From assembly GCF_037042905.1 (NCBI RefSeq), contig NC_087245.1, positions 41,418,001 through 41,478,000 of the forward strand: DNA of 60,000 nt, read 5' to 3'. A model generated the notes under the pieces. That model did no database searches. It saw nothing but the letters and a program-made list of their open reading frames with translations, and was not told the origin of the DNA. Below, one piece after another: positions 34,151 to 48,200 of the stretch; position 1 is the stretch's first letter, and each line of letters starts with the position of its first letter. This DNA is from Lytechinus pictus. Lineage: Eukaryota. The position numbers were made by a program, and so were the translations under genes.

Positions 34151-37100
34151 GGGCCAGGAATTTTTAAAAGGGGGGGGGCGAAAGCCCCGTAACATAAACC
34201 AAAGGTGCGTCATGATGCATTTGGAAAAATTAAACTCCTTATATGCGATTTCTGAGGTCATCACTCTATGTCAAAATTAATCGATTTCATAAGTAAAATG
34301 TGTGTTTCGCTCATTGTGGAATGGTAGGTAGATTTCACGAATCTCAATGCCGAATTTGTTCGCTCTAGTCGCGCTTGTTGCTGAGAAGGTGAGTATTATC
34401 CTGAATATTGTCACAATATTCAGGTACAGCTTCTCCAGCCTAGCTTCCTTCAGCTTTTTTTGGGTGTCAGCAGGGGTAGAGGGGAATTTTCATCAGGAGT
34501 TCCCGTCTGAAGTCACCTTGGCAGGGCAAGTCATGCTCATAACAGGTAGCAATAGTATTTTCTATCCCTTCATAAGAGGGCCTTGCTTGCATCAGTTGAT
34601 CGTCCGACGAATCTGTCTTTTAGTTGTGAGATGATGATCTATAAAGGGCAGAAATAGTCAATTGGTTTGAATGGGGACCAATTACCAATTGGTTTCAATG
34701 TGTACTCATTGTTTCACTTTCCATGTACTCCAAATTGAAACCAATTGCCAATTGGTATCCAATTTGGATATTCAATGGGTATTCAATTGGAATTTTGTCT
34801 ATTACAATGCTATGCATAGTCGGCAGCTGCCAGTTGTTCATTGATATTGATATATGTACTACTTGCTAATACGGCCTACAATGCCCCTCCAATCATTGTC
34901 TCCTCAGGGTCACGGTCCGCCATTGTCAATGGAGTATGGTTCTTCTGTCCTTCCAAGACCTTTTAGTGCGCATATGTGACTGAGCACGTACGGCATACAA
35001 TTTATGACACAGGTTGGATTTCCCTTTTCTCATTGAAGAAGTTTGATATAGGAGATTATATGACACATAGATAGTTCCTTGCCATTTGATTGGTTGTTGA
35101 TATCAATGAATCATTCAGCCCATTTTACAATGATGTCATTAGACATGAAATTTTAGCTCCATTCATCATGCAATTTTCGATCCATATGATTTTGTCCATT
35201 GCACGCTGGTGCCAAGACCACTGGCACTACACCTGTAAACATTTGGGTTAGGAGCGTGTATTACTGTGTACGTACATGATGTATTCAACAATCAACAGAC
35301 CATGCTCGCTCAGCTGCTTACACTGAATGAACTTTTGCGTCTAAATTCATTAATTGCAAATGACAAGGATCTATATTTAGGTGTCATATAAAACATTCGT
35401 TCAATGGACAGAATATTTCATTCACTGAAAGATGAAATGATCCATTCAACTCAGCTGTGTTGTTGAATGGGTCATCTTTTTTCACTTCATGAAGTATTCC
35501 GTACATTGCACTCATAAACATTGATTATTTGTATAATATTTGTGGATGTAATTGTGGGGATGGAGAGGTATATTAACAGTACTATGGGAATCTTCAACCT
35601 TGTTACTCGGGGGGGGGGGGGTGCCTTTTCTGTGTGCATGATCTGACCAATGCCTTATATACCACATGCAAAGGCACACCTATTTTAGGTGAAACACCAC
35701 CCAGAATTGTTCTATTCATCTTCTTATTGGATATATGTATTCCGCTTTGTAAAGGCGAGTCAGCTTTAGTTGAATCTCCATGGACCTCAGAATTATTTTC
35801 AGCAAAGGCAAAATTTGACTTAGAGGAAGAATTTGCTCCAAACATGTGCCATTTTTGGCACATGTGTTGAACAATCTAGGGCCCTTTTTATAAAAACTTA
35901 CAACTATGCTAACTTATGGCAACTACCATGGTAACAGGGCTCAGCAGCCAATCACAATCAAGGTTTCCACGATAGTTAAATAATCGCAATGTTACCAGTA
36001 TTTAAGACCCCATTCTCAGTATACCTTCTTGAACTGGTTTTCCTTCAAGCAGTTTAGGAAGCCAGTTTTGAAGATCGCTTCGCTAGTGTCTGCATCACAC
36101 TCTGGATTCCAGGACTACTTAACGTAGAGTGGTCTGGTTTCTATGGGAACGATCTCAGTGGAGTGTTGGGAGTCGCATGTTTTGCCCGAAATTTGAAACC
36201 CCAGCGTAGGCATTCTACAAACAGTAGCACTCCCAACATGCACACACTCTCATACTTCAGTCCATGCGAAGACTGCTTGAGAACGGGGATCTTAAAAATT
36301 GCTTATACTCTGGCGATTATTTATCATGGAGAAGGTCGACTTAATATACTCAATTATACAACTCCCAAGAATGTTCTGTAAACTGATTGGTCCAAATCGG
36401 ATCACATGATATTCAGCTAATTGCACTATTGTATCCAAAATGCACTATCCTGCACTCTGACGTCATACCAAAAGTACTATCCTGCACTCTGACGTCAGAG
36501 TGCAGGATAGTTCGAGGTCTGGAATGATCTAGAATTTAGATCAAATATAGCATTCGGGGGCAACTCAGTAACATGGGAGAGGGGAGGGGGTTTATAAAAC
36601 AAGTAATACATGCACTCTTGTGCATAGAGGACCTAAATAATGAACTCTGTGCTCGACTCGCCAAATGGATATACTGCACTCGGTCCTGTGGACCTCGGTG
36701 CTGTATATCCATTGGCTCTTCTCGCACATCCTTCATTATTTGGCCCTGCATGCACGCGCTTACAGTACATGTATTATTTGTATACTGTATTTTCGTTTAT
36801 GAATATTGCAAAATTTCTGGTTATTTGCCGTATGGGAAGTTGCATGTTTTTATTGTACAACTGTAGTTTATTTATTATACATCTATTCATTTTATTGGTT
36901 CAGTGATACAGTACTTATGTAGAGAGGTAATGTGTAATTTGTCTGTTTGTATGTTATAAACTTATTCATACACTTACATTTGTATATGAAATGAATGTTC
37001 CATTTCACAACAGTGCCTTTATAGTAATGATTCTTTTATAAATGTTTGAATCAAGCACACAATTTTTTTTTATGAGGCTACTTTTCACAACTAACTGCCT

Positions 37101-37820
37101 AAATCTGCAACATTGGATAAGCTTTAACATTGCAACGAAAGGGGATTTTCAGGGGTTTCTTTTTTAGTTTCCAGGGCTGTTTGAGCATTTCGAGGGTGAA
37201 ATTTCCCTGAGCCCCCACATAATATTTCCCTGGTTTGAATACTCTTAGATGTATCTTCAACACAATTCAATAGATCACAACATACAGCAACAGAGATCCT
37301 ATTCACCTAATTTAGATTGGATCAGTTCATTTTTCTATGAGATTCTTTCACTATCCCAACTTTTGAGCCACAATTCGCCTCATCATTTATGTTATTTTTG
37401 TTTTCATTCTCAATTTCAAATGAGGGTGGGGGGGGGGTGTGACATTGCTGGGGACATAATGTTCCACACTTGAATCGCTCTTTTTCTCTGAATAGGAGTT
37501 ATTGGTTATATACTGGTTATACATAGTGTGATATCAGTGAAGGGCACTATATCTGGCTTAATTTCCCACACAGCTAATTTGGACACCATGGCCATGCAAA
37601 TTCATGGATTTTCAAAATGGACCCTAATCAAGTAATCATCCGTAGATGAACTCAGGGTGTCATGTGCAATCATTTGTCATGATTTTCCCCATCATCATAA
37701 CTGTGCCTCAAATATTTTATTTAATCATAGGGTAAAGGTTAAAAAAAAAAAAAAAACTATTCACTGTACATCGCCTGTCCATAAAAATCAACCAAGTTTT
37801 TTTCTTTTTTTTTTGCTTTT

Positions 37821-38110
37821 GGGTGCGTCGTGGTCTAGTGGTTCTGACTCTCGCCTTTCAAACAAAGGGTCGTGGGTTCGAATCCTAGCCATGGCGTGTT
37901 TTCCTTCAGCAAGAAATTTATCCACACTGTGCTGCACTCGACCCAGGTGAGGTAAATGCGTACCGGCAGGAAGTAATTCCTCAAAAAGCTGTGCGTACCA
38001 GAATCGGTAGACTAGCTTAGCCGGGGTAATATAGGAGCGCCTTGAGCACCTACATGTAGCAAGGTGGTTACATGTGCTATACAAATCCTATACCATTATT
38101 TATTATTATT
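37821..38110 (+). mobile_element. tRNA-derived SINE (full length)
   Basis: A box TGGTCTAGTGG, B box GGTTCGAATCC, body, (ATT)n tail; fragments at about 38730-38800 and 54335-54415. Confidence 0.85.
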
Positions 38111-39052
38111 TTGTATACCAGCATGGATTCCACCTTGGAATGACAGTATATTAAATGTTAGAATCTCTATTTTTTGAAAAATTTGAATTCTTCTTGCTTT
38201 GAGGTAACGGGTCGCAAAATCAAATTGTTTATAAAGATTATAGATCAGTATCAATTTCAATCACTTGCTGCAGTAGTTGTATGGGAAGAAGATCATGTTT
38301 ATTATGTATTAATAAATACCATAGATACAGCAAACCACTTTTCTTTTGTTCGTGTGTGGTGGCAATGTACATTTATTTGTACACATACTTTAATTTCATT
38401 ACTCCACATAAGAATGGTTAAGTGAATGTACAGGCATTGACATCAATATATATTTAGTACTGATATATACAACACAACAAAGAATATCTCTGTCAACAAT
38501 CAAAATCGATATCCAAAATTACATCCACACAACAATTAGGTATTATAAAATACATCAAGTTTATGCCTTAGATTGCTTGTCCATCATAATTAGTGACCAC
38601 ATTTTATATGTGGCCATTCCTGATGGATTAATTATGCTTTCAACAAGTATACAATGCTCTCATTATTATTTTGAAATGGACGATTTTACCGATGGGGCTC
38701 TGGACCCCATAATGTATTATACACTAGTGATTGGAGCGCCTTGAGCACCTAACAAGGTGGATTTGTGCGCAATATAAATACCCTATATTATTATTATTAT
38801 TGAACCAATTCATTTCTTGAACACATTCGATCACGTCTAATCATGCTTTATTCCATAATTTGGGAAGGCGATTCCATGCATGATAAATTGTCGAGACACA
38901 TATATATATAAATATATATAAAATATATTTAACGTTATGAAAAGGTTCCCTGATGAAGACTGGGCAGGTTTCATTGGTCATGAATACATGTGACTGCATA
39001 TTATTTAACTTCAAAAGTTGCATAAATTTTTTCATGAAGTGGAAAATACAAG

Positions 39053-39252
39053 CACTGGCGGATCCAGGGGGGGGGGTACGTGCCCCCCTTTTGAGAAGCA
39101 AAATTAAAATTTGTAATGTAAAAATGCCATTAAAACAGAGGTGAGCCCCCTCTTTTGTAATTGAAGACCCTTTTTCTTCTTTTTTTTTTGCTTGTCAAAT
39201 TTTTCCTCAGAAAAATTTGCCCCCCCTTTGGAAAATCCTGGATCCGCCCCTG
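39053..39252. mobile_element. hAT-like MITE
   Basis: CACTGGCGGATCCAGG...CCTGGATCCGCCCCTG; 8-bp TSD AATACAAG. Confidence 0.85.
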
Positions 39253-42215
39253 AATACAAGTATCTCTGGTTACATGAAACCTTTTGAACAACTCCTTCCA
39301 GTCGGTGAATTTTTTGCCACAGGCATAATATTCCACATTAGGCCAACTTATTTATTCACAAGGATACACAGTATCATTCAATAAATAGGTTATTCTTGTA
39401 GATTTAAAACTTGTCAGAGGCTTTGGTACGGGTTCAGTAATGTGATTCATCGGGTTACCATTCTAACATTCAAAATTCAAATCTGGCAAACGTTCAGTGA
39501 CAGCTTTATAATTTTCCAATGATTCTTTCTGAAAATTTGAATTTGAGAATTGTTCATCTCTGGCCCCCTCTCTTGGTTGCCGTAAAATTAATATCCAGCA
39601 TGATGATAACCTGTAAACATTTCTTTTAAAGATTTAACTATTTTCTATCAGAAGCTTTATTAGAAAAATGGTATCCTGTCCTGAAGTTTTCATTCCTTTC
39701 AATACGAGAGTGGTAGGTTTATGCCAAGAAAATGAACTATTGCCTGGGACCTGGTTTCGTTTTCCGACACTTTAATTGTAAATTTTACACATATCAGATT
39801 TTAAATTGCATCTTCCTTACATCATTTTGTATACACTCTTTCAATTTTATCAGGCAACAAAACAAAATCCAACTTTGAATTACGTTTTGATTTACTACAA
39901 TTTAATACAGGCTTTGAGGCTCTCACCATTTTGTGCAGAACCATCAAATTCTTAAATATATAACAAATATGTTATATCAAAAACAAATCATAGATATGAT
40001 ATATTAAAGTATGGTTATAGGGTTGATCATCACTCGAATAAGGAAAATTCCACTTTCCTTAAAACAAGGTAGAGATTCCATGTTGCATATCTTAATTTTG
40101 AAAGGAAGAGTTATAAGAAATTGCATAGAAAAGGATCTCTTCATTACAATAGTCATATATTGCTTAATAGAATCATACAAAATACAACACATCCCTTATA
40201 ATAATGATCACAAAAACATATACGATATCGGTATTTGGAACTCGCTTGAATACATTGTGCCCTATATGGTAATGGGTATTTTTTTACAATAACAACAGAA
40301 GAATTACAGATACTATTGCAAGAAACATCTTACTCAACTTCAGTATAATCATGCTACATTAAGGAAAGAACATCAAAATTGAGTTGGATTACAATATAGT
40401 TCACAATTTACAAAACTATTCTTGATATTCAGAATTCTACTTATGGCAGCATTATAAGAACACACATTGTAGGAATCCAAGAATCAAATTATTTGTCTTA
40501 CTGAGTATTAAGATGATTGGATGCTAGTTACATTTATAAAATGTATAATAAATACTTTACTTATACTTACAAATGTATATGTAAAAAAAAATAACCCACT
40601 CAAACCACTTGCGATAACATACATGTCGTAGAAGGGAGATCAAATGGTGAATATAAATTAGACCATGACAATGTAATATGCCTCATATAGTTCACATTGT
40701 CAACTATGTACAGTCAAAGTTAATGCAGATTCCTAATATGAGCTGCAGTATAGAAGCATATGTATCGTTTATCAGTATCACTTATTACACTGATTTTGTT
40801 GATACAGATCAAAACATTTTTTTAAACAATCTCAGACAATGAATTTTAGAGAGATTTTATTGACTTGTGAATTAAAGCTGCATTTCTGTAAATGCTATGA
40901 AAGTATGTTTTAAAATATATTCTGCCCAAAACTTTTGGGTTACAACTTCAAAGTCATTCTAATGGGGTGTTGCAAGGAACTTGTGATCATTTGCAAGTCT
41001 ATTTTTGGTCCCTAAATCAATCATATGTCTTGCAGTTAATTGCAAATTAATGGTCGATTGCTAATCTGCTCCTTGAAACAAGAAGTTTAATCTGATTTGC
41101 TATAACTAACGTTGTAAAATTGCAACAGAATATTTGCAATTGATCGCAAATATTTTCTTGCAACACCCACTAAGAGTATAAAATATGTTGGTGAAAATTA
41201 CTTGTATGACTTGTTTAATATAAATCCAACCATTTACATGGCTATTTGACATCACATAATTCAAATAGGGGCTAATACAATAGTTATCCCATACAGAACA
41301 ATAAAGGAGCTCATACAATAGTTATCTCATACAGAACAATACATTTGCTGCTTTAATCTATTGTAAAAAAAAACATTGCCTATCATTAATTTTGTAAATA
41401 TATAATGAATACATCTCAAATTCAGTGCTCAACTAAATGGACACAACATGGTTCATATTATCAAGATTGGACGGTGGATATACAGATGTCACAAATGTTG
41501 TTAGATAATCAAATTATCAATTACTTCCTCTTTTATTCATGTTATTTTCCATAAAGGAACATGATATACTGGTACTTGTTTAAAAGATATTGAATATTTT
41601 TTAAAGTAATCAATCAAATGCTCAATATCTTTCAAACATGTCATGTTCCTTTATGAAAAAAATATAATGGATTGAAATTATAATCACACAAAGGTATATT
41701 AGTTACATATAATATATGTACTACATGGAAATCATGATTTTAATTTCATTGTATATTTTGAAGAAATGTATATTCTTTCTTTTATATGAGAAAAAAAATT
41801 CTCAAAGCAAAGTGAAGCTTATCTTGTTATAATGTTATTAGACTTTGATTAGACTTCATATTGCAAAAAAAAATGGAAAATTAATATTTAACGAAAGGTA
41901 AAATAAACCTCCCCTGATACAAAAGCAACCCTCCCTCTTTTTCTAAAATTGGGAGAGGTTTGGGTTTTTGTACAATTTGGTCACAATGAAATAAATCTTA
42001 CAAGCTTAAAAATCTGAAAGGAAGGTAGATACCATTAAGAGTTGAAAATGGACTTCCGAAGATCACTGACGATATAAAACATGCAAAGGATGTATTGCAG
42101 TCCATTATCACGATGGGATAAAACAAAACACTAATGCAGAATGCATAATAATCCTGTCGGTATTGACATGTTGACACCAGTGACTGCATGGGTAATGAAG
42201 CTCTTTATCGAAGGG

Positions 42216-42246
42216 CTATCCTTCCCAGCCGTTCCATAGTTCTCGA
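42216..42246 (-). CDS. SULF1: Sulf terminal coding exon
   Basis: tcacag|RELWNGWEG*, matching the conserved Sulf C-terminus (LWDGWEG). Confidence 0.88.
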
Positions 42247-45200
42247 CTGTGATGTGTGAATGAAGAAAGGAGAGATTATTAGCATGTATAAAATAAGTCT
42301 TTTTTTTATAATGGTTAACTCCCAGAAATATGATGGCAAATCCATGGAAAATACCTGGGGATCACAACAGATATGTACGTAGTGGTGGTGATGATGATGA
42401 TGAAAATGATGGTGATGATGGTGGTGGTGATTATGATGATGATGTTGGTAGTAGTGGTGGTGATGATGATGGTGGTGGTGGTGTTGGTGGTGATGATTGT
42501 TATGGTGGTGATGATGTCAGATGATGATCGTGATGAAGATGGCGACAATGGTGGTGATGGTGATGGTGGTGGTGGTGGTGTTGGTGGTGATGATTGTTAT
42601 GGTGGTGATGATGTCAGATGATGATCGTGATGAAGATGGCGACAATGGTGGTGATGGTGATGGTGGTGTTGGTGGTGATGATTGTTATGGTGGTGATGAT
42701 GTCAGATGATGATCGTGATGAAGATGGCGAAAATGGTGGTGATGGTGGTGGTGGTGTTGGTGGTGATGATTGTTATGGTGGTGATGATGTCAGATGATGA
42801 TCGTGATGAAGATGGCGACAATGGTGGTGATGATGTCAGATGATGATCGTGATGAAGATGGCGACAATGGTGGTGATGGTGATGATGATGATTGTGATGA
42901 AGATGGCGACAATGGTGGTGATGGTGGTGGTGGTAATGGTGGTTATAGTGATCATATGATGATGATGATAAATTAGAACTGTGATTATAATGGCATGCAA
43001 CGATGGTTGTAATGATGATGGTGATGAAGCTGATGGTGATGCTGGTGGTCAATATGGTGATGACAATGATGACGATAGTGATGATGATGATGATGATAGT
43101 GTTGATGATGATTAAGGTAATGATGACGATGTTGATGATGGTAATGACGATGATGATAGTGATGATGATGATGATGATAGTGTTGATGATTAAGGTAATG
43201 ATGATGATGTTGGTGATGTTGATGGTGATGGTAATGACGATGATGATAGTGATGAAGATGTTAATGGTGATGATGATAACGATGGTGATGATGTTAATGG
43301 TGATGATGATAACGATGGTGATGGCGATGATGGTGATGATGTTATTGGTGATGATGATAACGATGGTGATGGCGATGATGTTAATGGTGATGATGATGGT
43401 GATGACAATGGTGATGATGATAACAATGATAATGACGATGATGACGGTGATGATAATAGTGACGACGATCATGGTGGCGATTATGATGATAACGGTGACG
43501 ACAAGGTGATGACAATAATGATGGTGATAATAATGATGACGATGATGATGACCATAATGATTAAAATGATGGTTGTAGTGATGGTAAAGAAGCTGAAGGT
43601 ATGTATGTAGCTAATGAAGCTTATAGATAATATCCAAATTCAGTGTTGAATACACATCCCCAGCACTAGAATTCCCACACACACAAAATACATGACTGCA
43701 CAATTAGTATTTGTCTCTCTAACTCATATAGAAACAAAATGTTTTCTTTTAAGCTTTACGCTTCTTTTAACAAATCAGTGAAGTATTCACAACAAACACA
43801 CACGTTACCATGGCGCAAATTCTTTTTTAACGACAGCTCTTGAGAAAAAAAGCAGCTCATGAAGAAAGAAAAGTTAGGAGCACTATTCTGGCAAGATTAC
43901 TACATAGAAGATCAATGCACAGGGGACACGTTAACAATTGAGTGTATGAATAAAGGAACTACCCAACCCCCCAGTAGTTCATTCAATGTAATTAAAGGTA
44001 AATTCCAGTTTTGGTAACGATCTCAAAATGACTTTTTACAGAATCTAATATAATGACCACCCAAGTGTCTGTTTGTATGAATAAAAAATATGTGCCAAAG
44101 GATTCTGGAAGAAATTGTGTAATTGCTGAGAAATAAGCGCGGATTCGGTCACTTCCGTCGGGTCTTTATTCCAGCAATAATAATACACTGTCCCACGTGT
44201 GCCTATCTGTGTTGGCGATCTTCAGTGTGATCGTATTTCAGCTTAGATTTTATGATTTCACAAAGTTCAGTTTATTTAACTGTACCAGATCTAGATCCAC
44301 GATGATATAGTCATACTTAACCTTGGTTTTACAGACTTTCTCACGAAATTAGTGTTTTACTGCATCTACTGTAATTTAGCTTTAAAGGAAAACAAAATTA
44401 TCTCCGATGAGGATTTTGATCAATTTTCCATTCATTTTGTACACACCTGGGTGAAGTTCCTATGCAAATTACACACAAGATGAGTTCACGTATTTAAGCA
44501 ACGATTTCCCATCGTAACTCATTTTGGCCAGGATCATGGAATTGGCTCATAATTATAATCATAATCATATACTCAACTCATTGACTGTTACGAAAGCTAT
44601 ATGCCCAGAAATTTCTTCATTTTATTGCATTTTTTAAATTGAAATCTAAATATTTTAAATTTCAATGAAAACACAAGAAAGCAAGATCAATAAAACACAA
44701 AGACAGAAAAGCACAATGCACACAATATGGGAAATCTGGATGGGCGTTTCATGAAGCTGCTTTTAAGTTAAAAATGACTTTGGGACCGACTGGTGATCCT
44801 TCTTTGAATGCTAAATCAACACCAATTAAGATGTGGGGTATATCGCTTAACAATGACAAGAAAGGGCCACCAGTCATGCGATGATTCATTCGTAACTTAC
44901 AAACAGCTTTACAAAATGGCCACCTGAACATCTTTTTATTTAAAGGAGAATGAAACCTTTGGAACAAGATAGCTTGTTAGAAAGCAGAAAAATCAAAGAA
45001 ACAGATCAACGAAAGTTTGAGAAAAATCGGACAAATAATGAGAAAGTTATGAGCATTTGAATATTGTGATCACTGATGCTATGGAGATCCTCACATTGGC
45101 AATGCGACAAATATGTGTGATGTCACTTGTGAACAACTCTCCACCCATTACTTTAGTATATATTTCACTTAAACTGCCTCTTTTATCACATCTATCGGTA

Positions 45201-48200
45201 GATCATGTGTTCTTTCTAGAGGAGGGCATGCAATACAGATTTTAAAAGAATACATCATGGATAAAGAGTTTGTATCAACATTAGAAAAAAGCAAAAAGAG
45301 ACATTTTGGGGGTATTTTATAGTCCATCAAAGGGAAAGTTGTTCACATGTGACATCACACATCCTTGTCGCATTGCCAATAGGAGGATCTCCATAGCATT
45401 AGTGGTTGCAATATTAAAATGCTCATAACTTTCTCATTATTTGTCCGATTTTTCTCAAAATTTCTTTGTTCTTATTCTTTGATTTTTCTGTTTCGACAGA
45501 AGCCCACTTGTTTTGAAGGTTTCATTCCCCTTTAAATCTTGTTTCAGGGGATGCTTTTCTAATAACCAGTAATCAGGTTTTATTTTTGCTCAGAAGAGGA
45601 GTCTTGTAAATGCTAGCATTGTTTCATTGGATTTCATTATAGTAACCATCCATCCATCCCTATCTATCTATCTGTCTGTCTGTCGATCTGTCTGTCTATC
45701 CATCCATCCATAATACCTATCTATCTATCCATCCATCCATCCATAATATCTATCTATCTATCTGTCTATCTATCTATCTATCTTTATCTATCTATCTATC
45801 TATCTATTGCCAAGAAAACAGGGCTAGATAGCTACTAGCTCTTTTCACAGTGAGCAGAGCTGCGCAAAATGGGCAAAATTCACCGTTTTGTAGCTCTTTC
45901 ATGTACTATAAAGCCTATACATATGGCGAAAACTAAATCGACAAAAGTCACAAAATGGAGTAGTTTTTTGGAAGGGCTACACAAAGGCTGCAAAATAGCT
46001 ACAAAAAGGAAGAGAAATGGGTTACAAAACTGCTACATAATGGTAAGTTGTTCACTATGTTTCTACAACTAGATAACGCATGCCACAGATAAAGCAAAGT
46101 AAGCACCATTTTTGGTTAGGTTAGGCATCAGCAGCTTGAGGAGCAGTTTTCTTTTGCGAGGGTTACGGTCGATACCTGCTCGTCTGGGGTAACGTCTGCC
46201 AGAATGATGTAGGCTGTGATACGCCTGAAGGTGAATGATAGATCAAAGGGATGTGTCTGTCATTATATTTACATTAGATAATGAGAGGTTATTTGTAAAT
46301 CATTCTTTTTGGGGGGGTCGGGGGGGCTTCAGCCTTCACATATAGGGGAATTAATATCAATTATGACTGCCAACATTTCAGACTTAAATTCTCTGAGTTT
46401 TCTCTTCTTTTCGCTCCTCATTCCTCCCTCTCCTCTCTCCACTCTTTCCCTCTCCTCTCTCTCCCCTACTCTTGTACACTCAAACACACTCACACCCTCT
46501 CTCTTTCTCTCTCTCTCTCTCTCTTCTCTATTACAAAAAAACATCATTGTAGAAGTGTTTTCATGTAACAGAAATGAAAAAGTGAAACCAGTTTAACTTT
46601 GAAATTTTCGGTGATAAAGTATAAAATCTGCAAATTTCTTTCAAGCCGTACAAAATTCCTGGTTTAAAGGAAAAGGATGATTTTTCATTTTCAGTTTGTA
46701 ATAGAAATACAATGAAACATTAACAAAGGCAGGTATACATATCTAACATACATAAAGACATACATGTATATAAAGTGATTATTGATTTATACTAAAAATT
46801 AAAGCATATATACCATTTTTTCTTGAGCCTTTTCTCCTCTTCGATGATGGTGAACATTTTTTCCCTCTACACGTCCTCAATACATCTATTTGGTCATGTA
46901 GTTCTGCCTGCGTGACAGGATCTAGACTGGACACTATGTTGACAAGCTAAGAATTGAAAGAGGGAAAAGGAAAAGAGCATTGTACTATTACATCAAGAAA
47001 TAAATAAATAAATATTTTATTTTGATTTAATTCTTGTCTTCTACTGCATGAATCCATTATAGTGTTCATTTCATAAAAAAGCAAAGTATATCCTGGGAGG
47101 GGGGGGGGGGTGTTTTACTGACAGTTGAGTGTGTCTTAACATTAAAGTCATGCTTAACTGCCTACAAAAAGAGAGGAGAAAAGGGGGAGGTAAAAGAATC
47201 CGGGAGAGCATTTCATGAAAGAACTAACTTGTCAAACGTTTTGAAAGTTTCAGCCCATTCCATGCTTTTGAATATTAAAACAAGTGAATGCCTCTGGCAG
47301 TCTCGCCTGCATTACGCAATTCGATATAGCAGCAGTGCTTCCTTTGAAAAACAGCTAATGAATAATTATTCACAGAAGAAAACACTAATATGATAATAAT
47401 ATATTATGTCCATTGACCCAAAATGACCCATGACCATGATCATGTGACCTAAGACATGTGCAACTACAATCATTCATACTTGATTACCCTTATGTCGATG
47501 TTTCATGAGCAAGTACCATAAACTTCCTAAGTTATGATGCCAATTCAACGCATACTCCCAACACGGCCAGAGTTCATTGAACTTTAAATGACCTTTGATC
47601 TTGGCCATGTTCCTGAAACACACACAAGGTAAGCAGGGATACATTGCTGCTCTTATGTCCAAGTTTCATGAACTAAATCCATAGACTTTAAAGTTATGAT
47701 GATAATTTCACAAATACCCCAACATTACCAAAGTTTGTTGACCCTAAATGACCTTTGACCTTGTTCATGTGACCTGACACTAGCATAGGATGTTCAAGGA
47801 TACTTGATTACTCTTATGTCCAAGTTTCATGAACTAGATCCATAAAATTTCAAAGTTATGATGACAATGGCCAAAGTTCATTGACCCTAACTGACCTTTG
47901 AACTTGGTCATGTGACCTGAAACTCAGGCAGGATGTTCAGTAATACTTTATTACCCTTATGTCCAAGTTTCATGAACTAGGTCCATATACTTTCTAAGTT
48001 ATGATGACATTTCAAAAACTTAACCTTGGTTTAAGATTTCAATGTTGACGATGCTGCCGTCGCCGTCGGAAAAGCGGCGCCTATAGTCTCGCTCTGCTAT
48101 GCAGGCGAGACAAAAACCACACAGATATTTTGACTTGATCGACCACCCGATCTAAATAGATTTTCATGTAAAATTGCAAATATATGTATTAAAATACATT

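Noticed and set aside
37821..37895. tRNA-like sequence (also 26595-26669 on the minus strand and 2702-2775)
   Set aside because: It continues into a shared SINE body and (ATT)n tail, is multi-copy, and has no clean cloverleaf or acceptor stem; these are SINE heads, not tRNA genes
42315..43509. Long ORFs (up to 256 aa) rich in I/T or M/V/D
   Set aside because: Translation of a trinucleotide low-complexity tract inside a Sulf intron
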